A stretch of DNA of 64,000 bases from Balanoglossus misakiensis. Lineage: Eukaryota; Animalia; Hemichordata. The stretch covers positions 10,832,537 through 10,896,536 of the forward strand of contig CM082577.2 of the NCBI GenBank assembly GCA_040954595.2, read 5' to 3'. The position numbers were made by a program, and so were the translations under genes. Shown here piece after piece: positions 51,470-62,876 of this stretch. The notes under the pieces were generated by a model. The model did not search any database and was not told the origin of the DNA. It was given only the letters and a program-made list of their open reading frames with translations. Numbering within the stretch: position 1 is the first letter of the stretch; every line of letters starts with the position of its first letter.

Positions 51470-51703
51470 ATGGCGGCAAAGCTCAACGGCATCTCAGATA
51501 ATGCCAAGGAGCGTTTAAGCCGCATCCTCACCCGAAGGAGTCGCGTTTCTGGCGACTGTGTGCTCTGGACGGGTGCAGCTTGTCGAAACGGTTATGGTTC
51601 AATTACGTTCAAAGATGAGAACACTCTAACCGCCTATGTCCATCAAATTGCACTCTTAATTAACAGAGTGCATTAATTGGTGGGGAGGCAGTTTGAAGTT
51701 TCT
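51470..51703 (+). pseudogene. His-Me endonuclease pseudogene, copy 5 (3'-truncated)
   Basis: N-terminal half only, joined to a different module at GAAGTTTCTC|CGGCAATGG. Confidence 0.7.
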
Positions 51704-51708
51704 CCGGC

Positions 51709-52311
51709 AATGGCTTTTGTCAAATTCGTTGATGGGACAGTAGCCATTGTTCCAACTAAGATAGTTGTCACCGGAGAAGTTTCTGTGACTAACACAATTT
51801 CAGTAAAATGGCACGACAATAAGGAGTATGAAGCGATGATGACTTCAGGTAATGGCATGTTTTCATTTGTAAATTGTTTTATTTTCTTATTTCAGGTGGT
51901 TTTAGAAGACATTTCATTTTAAATATTATCATGAATTTGTCTAAAATTCGTAACCTCTTACAAGCACTTAAAAACGAAAAATGTTGATCTGCACAAGCAA
52001 CGTTAAAACATACATGTATATATTTTGTATTCCAAAAGTACTGACTATTTTTTAAAAGATGTTTTGAATACAAATAATTAAGCCATATTGCCTTTGAAAC
52101 CGTTACATTTCAAACTTTGCCAATGCGTTGATTGATCAAATATTTTTTTTAAACGAGTGGACACCAAATTTTGAAAGCTTTGTCATTCGGTGAAATGTTA
52201 ATAACAATATGAAATTCTCTATCCCCCCCAAAAAACAGAAGACAAGACGGAACTGGGAAACTTTGAGAGGGAGTTTCTGAAGAAGAAAAAAGAGCAGGAA
52301 GCAACGCAAGG
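51709..52311 (+). pseudogene. 5' exons of an unidentified gene (SH3/Tudor-like N-terminus then a charged helix); second copy of exon 1 at 63103-63248
   Basis: MAFVKFVDGTVAIVPTKIVVTGEVSVTNTISVKWHDNKEYEA..MTSG|GT, spliceable in phase 1 to EDKTELGNFEREFLKKKKEQEATQ (~52239-52311). Confidence 0.45.
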
Positions 52312-53764
52312 TGCTTGGCGAAAAACAAACTCAACGTTTAACTTATTGCCAATTGAGCCTGTTAAGGGGTGACTAGGATATCAAGTTATATCAGACAAAG
52401 AATCGTCGTTATGAAGAGCACTGGACTGAAGAGCAGTGTCATTTGTCAGAAGACAGCTGCAGAATGAAGTCAAAATAACAGCGAGAAAGCCATCAACCAG
52501 TTTGTAACAGTGGACCCTACACAGCAAATGAACTAGGCCACCAAAATTGAGAATATCCCCAATCTCTAACTTCATTGGTCAATGCATGTTCAGAAATAAA
52601 GAGATGACAGCCCCAGAGTTGGCCTCGTCTATCCTACGTTAATTTGACGTATAATTCAGACAAGACTGTGATAAGATAGATTGGCAACTGAAATCAACGA
52701 AGTACTGCCGGATCAACAAGCCAAGCGTGTACCGTACAATGGTGCATTGATATGATGAGGACCAATGAAGATTTTCCAAATGCCGGCAGTGTACCAGGTA
52801 TGTATTACTAGAAATTAAACAAGAGTTTAACTTGTCTTTTCAGGGCAGACATGCAGAACTCGATGTACAAAACATTTTGGACAGTGCTATGAAACCATAA
52901 CAGAAGCAGAAGATCATTTTAATATTTATTACCAACAACGACAGCTTGTTCCATCAACACCGTCTAATCAGCATCTCAGTGACTGTATCGACACATTGCC
53001 ATCCACACCTGGTGATAACTTTGAAACCTTTCTTGACAACCAAGTGCCTCTAGACAAAGGATGTACAAGAATTCCACTAGACAGAATGCCTTGGCCCATG
53101 CTTGCATACAACTTGAAGTTCTTCTCAGTGGATGCAGCCAAATGTCCAGAGGCATACCAGCAATACAGAGACCGTGTACAACTGCTTTGGCCATAAGTGG
53201 TTGCTCTCCACCCCAATACATTGTGGAGGGATGTGGAACTACATGTCCATACTAGTAGAAGACGGCTCAAATCAGGCCAGTGCTAGTTCCACACCTGATA
53301 TCTTTGACTTCCATCGGGAAGGTGGGATCATCCAGAAAGTTAGTCAAAAAAAGTTGGATACGATCCACCGGAGTACGAGTCCGAAATGATATTGGATGTA
53401 GCAACAGCCTTGTTCCGATACAGACTGCCTGCCTGATGATGACCTTAAGGAGGAAGAGGATGGAAACTTAACGGAAATTGATGTGGATGTGGCAGAAGAC
53501 GATAACTTTCACGAACTGTCATATCCTCATGCTGACTTCTTCTGTCAGTATTCCCCCTGGGAAAAAGAAGCTTCCACTGAAGGTCAGTGACATGAAGGCA
53601 GCTACCAGAGTCGATTGCCGAATCAACCTGACAGTAATGCAAAGGCATTGTCCACATACTCTGCCAGCACAAGATAGTCATGAGTTCAAATTGTATGGAG
53701 AAGCAGCCGTAATTGGTATTCGCCGGCCAGTATCTTGCAAGCCAGGATGACCAAACATATGACA

Positions 53765-54530
53765 AACCACTGGCAGAATGGGGAAAGTTGAAATATGATC
53801 TGTCTTCATGGTGGTGAAGGAGACAACAAGTATACGGCAAATCACCAGCCGTATATCGCAAAGAGAATCGACTCTGAGTGGCGAGCCACATGTTACAGAG
53901 AGATGCAAGCCTCTCAGACTCTGGGCATTGTCATCATCATGGGCCTTGACCATAAGCATGCTGTGGCCAACTATAGGTCAAGCAACATTTTTCCTGCATA
54001 ATGTTGGCATATTGTCAGTCATGACCCGTCAACGCTAACATAGGTTGATGCGGTATTTCCACTTGGCTGACCCCCAGAAGAATCCAAGATGACACCCTGA
54101 CCCAAACAGACGTTTACGCCATTGTCAGGAGGATCCATTTTAAGTTAACCCATGGATAGAGCTCCTTAGACAGTTGCATTCGTAACTACCAGATGGGACA
54201 GGAAATATCCACCAATGAAGGCATTCGAAATTCAAACAGAGGCTTCCCCCACAAACCAGACAGAGATGGCTTTAAGATTTAGCAGTTGGCCGACTCTACC
54301 ACATCCTATAACTTTTCTCCCTACCTGGGAGTAAAGTACCTGGACAGTAGTGACGGGAAGAAACAAGAGAGGGGAGCATGGTGAAAAAAATAACGATAGA
54401 ACTTGTTCAACCGTTCTGTGGGTACAACGTACTACATCCTTTTCTGTGACAGCATCTTCACATTAACTGTCATAACTGCGAGAGAACTGAAGGAGCTAGA
54501 TGGGCATGCACCTGACAGGAAGCTTCAACC
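53765..54530 (+). pseudogene. piggyBac transposase fragment, copy 2 (longer)
   Basis: Same block, extended to LVQPF.G...YILFCDSIFT (second catalytic D region). Confidence 0.75.
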
Positions 54531-54977
54531 GACGTAACCGTCAGAGAAGGTCAGTGAAATGAAGGCAGCTACCCGAACCGATTGCCGAATCAACCTGACA
54601 GCTTATTATCAGGACAGTAATGCACAGGTGTTGATCCTGAACACCGTATACCCACTGCTTGACACGGAGGCGTTTGGCAGTGTCAAAGAACAGAGAAATG
54701 TGCCCCTGGCGAATAACCGACATTTCATGGGAGACGTTGACCGCGCTTACCACTGTGGGCGAAAGAATAACAGCTGGTGGGTTCACATGGCCTGGTGGAT
54801 TTATTCACAAATTATTTTTAACATTTGCATTACTGTCCATTCCTTAGTCCAATTGAAACAGCCAAAAGCAGTATTATTTACTGGCTAGCCGATGAGAAAT
54901 AATAATTGAGTTAAGGAGTACATTGTTATTTTGCAAACTTTTGAATAAAACCGGTCTGTTCCAATTTTACTGAACAG

Positions 54978-55236
54978 GTAAATGATCTCATTTGTGAGAA
55001 GTTTGGGGTTAAACACCGCATAACAGCTGCCTACCACCCGCAAACAAAATGGTCTTGCTGAGAGTTCGAACTACAACATCAAGAGGGCAATCAGCAAACT
55101 AGTAAATGAAAATCAGGATGATTGGGATGAACTCCTGGAGCCAGTCATGTTTGGGTTAATGACCTCCAAACAGACAACCACGAAGTACATGCCATTCCAG
55201 CTCATGTTTAACAGAACAGCACGTCTACCTTCTGAG
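54978..55236 (+). pseudogene. Ginger/GIN1-type integrase core exon, copy 4 (+1 frameshift)
   Basis: Same exon, with the extra A shared with copy 1. Confidence 0.8.
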
Positions 55237-55450
55237 GTGAGTTTTGTGTAAAATATTAACATTATTAAATTTTTATGCTAATTCATAAAACAGAGTCACT
55301 CCATGGCATGACATAGATAGAAAGGCCCATATATTGTTGAACAAAATGATTTGTGAATTAAATGTAGGAAGCAATAGATGCACAGCCCTTCAGGGAGACT
55401 CATGTTGTTACCGTTAGTGTGCTTATAATGAAGAATTTTAATGTGTTTAG

Positions 55451-55925
55451 GTGAGAACTGTTGGGGATCGTAAGGACACAGGACGGTGTGCGTTTTTGAC
55501 AAGAGACATCCAAGCCTGGGACATGGGAACGCAAATACTGGGGAACAATTATCAGAGTTGAAGGAGTCAGCCAGCATGATGAATTGTACAGGGTAAAGGG
55601 GAATTAAACGGCCACACATTTTCCTTCTCTACATTGTCGGGTAAGTATATCAGTTTGCCTTAGTCGAATACTCGGTCATATTGCAAAGTACCTGTCAAAA
55701 TAGAAAATGTAATATTGTCTATATTTTCCTCATTAACCCAGCATTGACTGATACGATGTCCCAGCCGGAGATGAAAATTTAGCAGCGCTCATACATCACA
55801 GTCATCATAACACCAACTTGGTACCAGCTCGGATAGGAGAACGTCTTGTTTTCTTTGCAACCAAAAAACTTAGTCAGGGAAAAGAACTTTTGTATAATTA
55901 CGGTGAAATGTATTTTGATAGCTGA
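55451..55925 (+). pseudogene. SET domain pseudogene, copy 5
   Basis: Exons 55451-55640 and 55742-55925. Confidence 0.7.
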
Positions 55926-56365
55926 TAGACATACCATAAACCAAGTTTGTACAGCACAACTGCCCAAATGTATATTTATTTGTCAGTTCAATTGCAACTT
56001 ATTTTGTGTACGTGTCAAGTAATGAATGCTGGTGACTGATTTCCCCAGAGAGACTATTAAATATTCGTGTTCAAACGATGATAAAATTACATGTCATTTG
56101 GTTGCAGAGACACTTCTGAACACCTAAACCTATTATGCCACATGTCATTCTGGGTGTAAATTGACCAGATTATAAGGGAGTTTGAATATTTAAAATAACA
56201 TCTTCTCAGCCCAATTTGACTATAAGTACATACCGGTGGTCAATAATGGGACACTCTCACACATTCGCTTCGCCTGTCCATTAAATTGATTACATTCATT
56301 GCATCTTGGGTAAACACTGTCATTTGATCTTGCTTGGCAGAAGTCACCTTGCTCTATACTACGGT

Positions 56366-56730
56366 ATGGCGGCAAAGCTCAACGGCATCTCAGCTAACGC
56401 CAAGGAGCGTTTAAGCTGGATCCTCACCCGAAGGAGTCGCGTTTTTGGCGACTGTGTGCTCTGGACGGGTGCAGCTTGTCGAAACGGCTATGGGTCAATT
56501 ACATTCAAAGATGAGAACACTCTAACCGCCTATGTCCATCAAATTGCACTCTTAATTAATTAATTAATTAATTGGTGGGCAGGCAGTTTGAATTTTCTCT
56601 GCAAAGAAAAGCTATGCATTTGCCCAGAGCACATTGTCTAGGAAACGCGACTCCAAAACATTTCACGGAAGACGTGCTTTCGCTTCCCAAAGGGGTGTGT
56701 CCTCACAGACCAAACTGCCTAAGGTGTGTT
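56366..56730 (+). pseudogene. His-Me endonuclease pseudogene, copy 6 ((TTAA)5)
   Basis: Aligns to copies 1-4. Confidence 0.72.
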
Positions 56731-57160
56731 GGTGGATGTGTGTAATCCTCATCTCATTTGGTGTCTTGTAACCTTGCAAACGGGTATGATTGCAAAGGCT
56801 TGAATGCTGGTAAAAATTTTAAGGTATGTACTTTTGTGGAGAGCAATGTAATTTTCTCAGTTTATGTGCTTAGTGCATCGGCTGGATCTTGGAAATCGTA
56901 GAGACTGCCCTCCTCTCAAGTGCAGTTGTTCTTAAAAGCAACATCTACGTTAACACTAATATAACAACACTACATACTGCGTACAGACGGCATTCTTGAG
57001 GTAGCAGAACAAGAACATAAGTTGATACACATTTCAGTTTATTCACAAATTATTTTTAACATATGCATTACTGTCCATTCCTTAAACCCGTTGAAACAGC
57101 CAAAATCAGTATTATTTACTATTTTGAATAAAACCTGTCTGTTCCAATTTTACTGAACAG

Positions 57161-57418
57161 GTAAATGATCTCATTTGTGAGAAGTTTGGGGTTAAACACC
57201 GCATAACAGCTGCCTACCACCCGCAAACAAAAGGTCTTGCTGAGAGTTCGAACTACAACATCAAGAGGGCAATCAGCAAACTGGTAAATGAAAATCAGGA
57301 TGATTGGGATGAACTCATACAGCTAGTCATGTTTGGGGTAAGGACCTCCAAACAGACAACCACGAAGTACATGCCATTCCAGCTCATGTTTAACAGAACA
57401 GCACGTCTACCTTCTGAG
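57161..57418 (+). pseudogene. Ginger/GIN1-type integrase core exon, copy 5
   Basis: Same exon, 258 nt. Confidence 0.8.
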
Positions 57419-57631
57419 GTGAGTTTGTGTAGAATATTAAGATTATTAAATTGTTATGCTAATTCATAAAATAGAGTTACCCCAGGGCATGACATAGATA
57501 GAAAGGCTCATATATTGTTGAACAAAATGATTTGTGAATTACATGTAGGAAGCAATAGATGCACAGCCCTTCAGGGAGACTCATGTTGTTACCGTTAGTG
57601 TGCTTATAATGAAGAATTTTAATGTATTTAG

Positions 57632-58112
57632 GTGAGAACTGTTGGGGATCGTAAGGACACAGGACAGTGTGCATTTTTGACAAGAGACATCCAAGCCTGG
57701 GATATGGGAACGCAAATACTGGGGAACAGTTATCAGAGTTGAAGAAGTCAGCCAGCATGATGAATTGTACAGGGTAAAGGGGAATTAAACAGCCACAAAT
57801 TTTCTTTCTCTACATTGTCAGGTAAGTACCAGTATATCAGTTTTCCTTAGTCGAATATATGATCATATTGCAAAATACCAGTCAAAATAGAAAATGTAAT
57901 ATTGTCTATATTTTCCTCATTAACCCAGCATTGACTGATACGATGTCCCAGCCGGAGATGAAAATTTAGCAGGCCTCATAAATCACAGTCAACAGAACGC
58001 CAACTTGGTACCAGCTCGGATAGGAGAACGTCTTGTTTTCTTTGCAAACAAAAATCTTTGTCAGGGAAAAGAACTTTTGTATACTTACTGTGAAATGTAT
58101 TTTGATAGCTGA
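57632..58112 (+). pseudogene. SET domain pseudogene, copy 6
   Basis: NLAGLINHSQQNANLVPARIGERLVFFA.KNLCQGKELLY. Confidence 0.72.
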
Positions 58113-58546
58113 TAGACATACCATAAACCAAGTTTGTACAGCACAACTGCCCAAATGTATATTTATTTGTCAGTTCAAGTTATTTTGTGTATGTGTCAAG
58201 TAATGAATGCTGGTGACTGATTTCCCTAGAGAGACTATTAAATATTGGTGTTCAAACGATGATAAAATTACATGTCATTTGGTTGCAGAGACACTTCTGA
58301 CCACCTAAACCTATTATGCCACATGTCATTGTGGGTGTAAATTGACCAGATTATAAGGGAATTTGAACATTTTAAATAACATCTTCTCAGCCCAATTTGA
58401 CTATAAGTACATACCGGTGGTCAATAATGGGACACTCTCACACCTTCGCTTCGCCTGTCCATTAAATTGATTACATTCATTGCATCTTGGGTAAACACTG
58501 TCATTTGATCTTGCTTGGCAGAAGTCCACTTGCTCTATACTACGGT

Positions 58547-58737
58547 ATGGCGGCAAAGCTCAACGGCATCTCAGCTAACGCCAAGGAGCGTTTGAGTCGG
58601 ATCCTCACCCGAAGGAGTCGCGTTTCCGGTGACTGTGTGATCTGGACGGGTGCAGCTTGTCGTAACGGCTATGGCTCAATTACGTTCAAAGATGAGAACA
58701 CTCTAACCGCCGATGTCCATCAAATTGCACTGTTAAT
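58547..58737 (+). pseudogene. His-Me endonuclease pseudogene, copy 7 (truncated at the TTAA site)
   Basis: Similarity ends at CTGTTAA, then jumps to the end of SET exon 1. Confidence 0.7.
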
Positions 58738-59549
58738 TTTCCTTCTCTACATCGGGTAAGTATATCAGTGTCTCAACCTGACCTACCTACTCTCAAATTA
58801 TTTAGAGTCTGTAAGATATTTTCCTTCTTTTTTTTTTATAAAGAGAAAACCAAGTCCAACTTTTGATAGCTTAGCTATGAACTTTGCAAGCACAGGGTGG
58901 TGTTTCTGAAAGGGGGCGTGGCGCATACATCTGTAACATAGACTTTTTCTGTGTTCTGATAGTTTAGTTTACAGTTTCACAGCTGAAGTTTACAACTCTC
59001 AAATTATTGAAAGTAGCTGATCAAGTGTTTTGTCATATTTTTTCTTCCTTTCAGTGTATTTCCTGACCTGTAGTTTCCAGTGGAAAGGGTTTGGTGAAAT
59101 GTTTGGCCAACTAGTCTTTTATATTTATAACAGTGCAATTTTTATATTTGTCAGTTTATTGTTGTTTTATAATTATTTGAGCTACATATATTGTTTCCTC
59201 AACATCCCATTATACTGTTGTAAAAGTCATTTACATTGTCAGTGTTTTAGTCCTCCCTATTGTGTTTTCTTAATTTATTGATGTAATAGTGGTATTGTTA
59301 ACTTTTAATCTGTAACTTTACAGATATATTGACATAAGTTAAGCCTAACTGTTATTAATTGCATATTAATATTAATATCCTAATTTTGCTTGGACTAATA
59401 CATTTTTACATTTTTTGTAATCCTAACCAGAGATTGCGTTAACTGTTTTTTATTTTTCATAACCCTAATCTAAGATAGTCATTCTTTGTGCTTTTCCATA
59501 GTAAGAGTGTTTTTTTTTTGTCCTATTTTATATTACATATTTTACAACC

Positions 59550-61710
59550 ATGCCATCAAGAGGGTATCATTGCTGCGTTATCGACTGTAACAGCAATAGT
59601 AAACGCCAATCCCATCACAGATTCTTCAGAGTTCCAGCACCATCGAGAAATCAATTGAGACGGAAGTGGATCCATTTGATAAGGAGAGCCCCACCATTCA
59701 AGGTTACCCAAAACACTCGTGTTTGTGAGCGGCATTTCATTGATGGAAAACCTACCGAGGACAACCCACTACCAGTGCTAAACATGGGGTATGTCCGTAA
59801 AGTAACCAAGGCAAGAAGAAAACTTGTGAGGCGAGATGTTCCACCTCCACCCAAGAAAAGGAAAAGCAACGTAGATCATGAAGTGGATGAACCATGTCCA
59901 ACTCCACTTCCTGATCAAGAGGACAATGCTATACAAGGACCAGCCCATACAAACCATCACACCAACAAAGTCACTGACGATCACCCTGAGGTTCTGAATG
60001 AGCACACATATCACCGATCTACAGACATTGGAACTCATGACCTTTCAAACGCCAACAACAGCAGCTGTAATATAGATGTTTTAGAGAATTCTTCATTTGC
60101 AGTGACTGATGTAGATGACAGCATCCTGACAGACAGTTTTACCTCAAGAGATAATCTGCTGGAAAGTGTAAAGAAGCTGAAAAGAAAAGTAAAGTTTCTA
60201 AGAAGCAAGATAGTGAAACTGCAAGCACAGAACCTGAAGAAACAACGATTTTCGATGAGTGACATTAAGTCATGCAACAAGAGTGTTCAATTCTACACAG
60301 GGTTTCCTTCTTACCATTGCCTCGACTTAGTATTTCAGCGTTTGGTGAAACCATTGGCTGTAAAATTGACTACAAATACAAGAGCCAGACACATGGTCAA
60401 ACCCTGGCATAAAAGAGGGAAGAAACCAAGCTGTCCCCGCAAGTTATCCCTTGAAGACGAATTTCTGTTGGTCCTGATGAAAGTGAAACTTGGACTTCTG
60501 GATCAGGACCTTGGAGACAGATTTGGGATCAGCAGATCACTAACAAGCCTCATAGTATCTCGATGGATTCCAGTTGTGTCGAAGTGTTTGCAGCCATTAA
60601 TTACATGGCCTTCAAAGGAAAAGGTAAGATTTGTCTGTTTCTTCACTTACTCCTTTTAATTGAATACATTTCATCAAAAGTAAAACATAGGAAAAACAAC
60701 CATCCATCATGTTATAAAACTGTTAGTTCTACTCGCCAAAAATTGAACAGGTGTCCTTATGTATTGCTGCCTTTGCTTTTGCATTGAGTCATTATATTTA
60801 CAGTATAGTACACTTTGTTTTTTTTAGGTGCGTGCATGTATGCCTGCAGCATTCAGAGCAAAGTATCCTACCACTAGGGTTATCATAGACTGCACGGAGA
60901 TATTCATTGAACGTCCAAGTAATGTGGTCGCCAGACAGAAAACGTATTCGAATTACAAATCGCACAATACCATGAAGATTCTTATCGGCATTTCTCCATC
61001 GGGTGCTATAACTACTGTGTCAAAGCTGTGGGGAGGAAGGGCATCGGACAGGACCATCGTTGTAAATTCTGGTAAGAGTTGAAAAATGGATTTGTTTAAT
61101 TTACAATTAAATAACCTATTTTTGCAGAACTAAAGTTTAGCACTTCTGTGTTGTTTCTTTCTCTTAACGTGTCAGAATTACAGCAGGAAATACACATTTT
61201 TTATAATATATGATGTGTTATTAAAGCTCTTAGCTACCCTAGCTGCAACTGTTTATTTTCAGTATTAAGAGTACACGTTTGCTGTAAATATTTTTAGTTT
61301 TGCATGTCATGTTTCCTTTCTAGTGGATTCTCCGAGACATACAAAACTATACATTATATTACATGTACTTGTGAGTGCAGAGAAATGACTGTTTCCATGT
61401 ACACTCTTTGTTTTAATCAAAAACAGGACTCCTTGACCAGTTGGAATATGGTGATCAAGTGATGGCGGACAGAGGGTTTGCAATTAGTGATGTCCTGGCA
61501 GAAAGAGGCTGCACTCTGAACATCCCACCATTTACCCGAGGAAAAACACAACTTAGCCAAATTGAAGTGGAGAAAGGGCGCCCCAAATTTCAACCCTAAG
61601 AATTCATGTGGAGCGGGCAATTCAACGTATAAAGAAGTTCCGGATTCTTCAAGGCGTGTTCCCACTGAAGAGAGTTTATTTACTGCATGACATTTTCATA
61701 ATTTGCGCTC
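59550..61710 (+). mobile_element. THAP-domain DDE_Tnp_4 (Harbinger/ISL2EU-like) transposase gene, 3 exons, frameshifted and 3'-truncated
   Basis: Exon 59550-60623: THAP (CCVIDC...FFRVP...W...RVCERHF...P) and HTH_Tnp_4 (LSLEDEFLLVLMKVKLGL..DLGDRFGIS). Exon 60828-61071: IIDCTEIFIERP...YK.HNT.K...GGRASD. Exon from 61427: MADRGF...NIPPF, frameshift at ~61580 (GGGCGCCCCAAA), RIHVERAIQRIKKFRIL. Confidence 0.88.
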
Positions 61711-62260
61711 GGAAGGTTGCAATACATAAACAAACTCGCCTTCGATCGACCCTTCGTACCGCGTAGACAACATGACAGTGACACTTGCGGCATATTTTTT
61801 TTACGTATAGCTTCGTTGACATGACTGCTTGGTACATGGTACACGGTATGTATGGTGAACGAATGTCAAATCCAGCATCATCGAGAGGTTTGCTTTACGT
61901 GCGTGAGCGAGCCATGTTGACTGCGCGTGATTCAAGAGCAGACGACATGTACTGCAGCCGTAGGAAGAAAAAATAAACAAAACGCCAGTCGAGGACAGAT
62001 TTGGAAATTAATAAATATCGCCGTATTTATTCTGTGTACGTTTGCATTTCTTTTTTTAGCCCTTAAAATATTCGCATTGTTTGAAATCCTCCGTTATTCA
62101 GTCGGAAATTGTACACGTCCACTGGTTCTTCGGCGCGTCGCGCGTCCATCGAATAACACGATACATTATCAGTAATAATGTATAGCTATGACGTCACAAA
62201 ATTCACTTGTATTGATAAAGCTATAATATAATATCTAGTACATTTTCCTCATTAATGCAG

Positions 62261-62443
62261 CATTGACTGATACGATGTCCCAGTCAGAGATGAAAATTTA
62301 GCAGGCCTCATAAATCAGTCATGATGACGCCAACTTGGTACCAGTTCAGATAGGACAATGTCTTGTTTTCTTTGCAACCAAAAATCTTTGTCAGGGAGAA
62401 GAACTTTTGTATATTTATAGTGAAATGTATTTTGATAGCTCAT
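62261..62443 (+). pseudogene. SET domain pseudogene, copy 7 (exon 2 only, after the THAP insertion)
   Basis: The array resumes at ~62235 within the SET intron. Confidence 0.65.
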
Positions 62444-62876
62444 AGACATACCATAAACCAAGTTTGTACAGCACAACTGCCCAAATGTATATTTATTTGT
62501 CAGTTCAAGTTATTTTGTGTATGTGTCAAGTAATGAATGCTGGTGACTGATTTCCCTAGAGAGACTATTAAATATTCATGTTCAAACGATGATAAAATTA
62601 CATGTCATTTCGCTGCAGAGACACTTCTGACCACCTAAACCTATTATGCCACATGTCATTCTGGGTGTAAATTGACCAGATTATAAGGGAGTTTGAACAT
62701 TTTAAATAACATCTTCTCAGCCCAATTTGACTATAAATACATACCGGTGGTCAATAATGGGACACTCTCACACATTCGCTTCGCCTGTCCATTAAATTGA
62801 TTACATTCATTGCATCTTGGGTAAACACTGTCATTTGATCTTGCTTGGCAGAAGTCAACTTGCTCTATACTACGGT

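Noticed and set aside
44594-57418. LTR retrotransposon or endogenous retrovirus
   Set aside because: No gag, protease, RT, RNase H, PBS or LTR pair; the integrase piece is an intron-bounded exon.
44911-58154. Recurring minus-strand ORFs (…HYKHTNGNNMSLPEG…, MGSCAVQTWFM…)
   Set aside because: Antisense shadows of the SET exons and introns; they recur only because the DNA is repeated.
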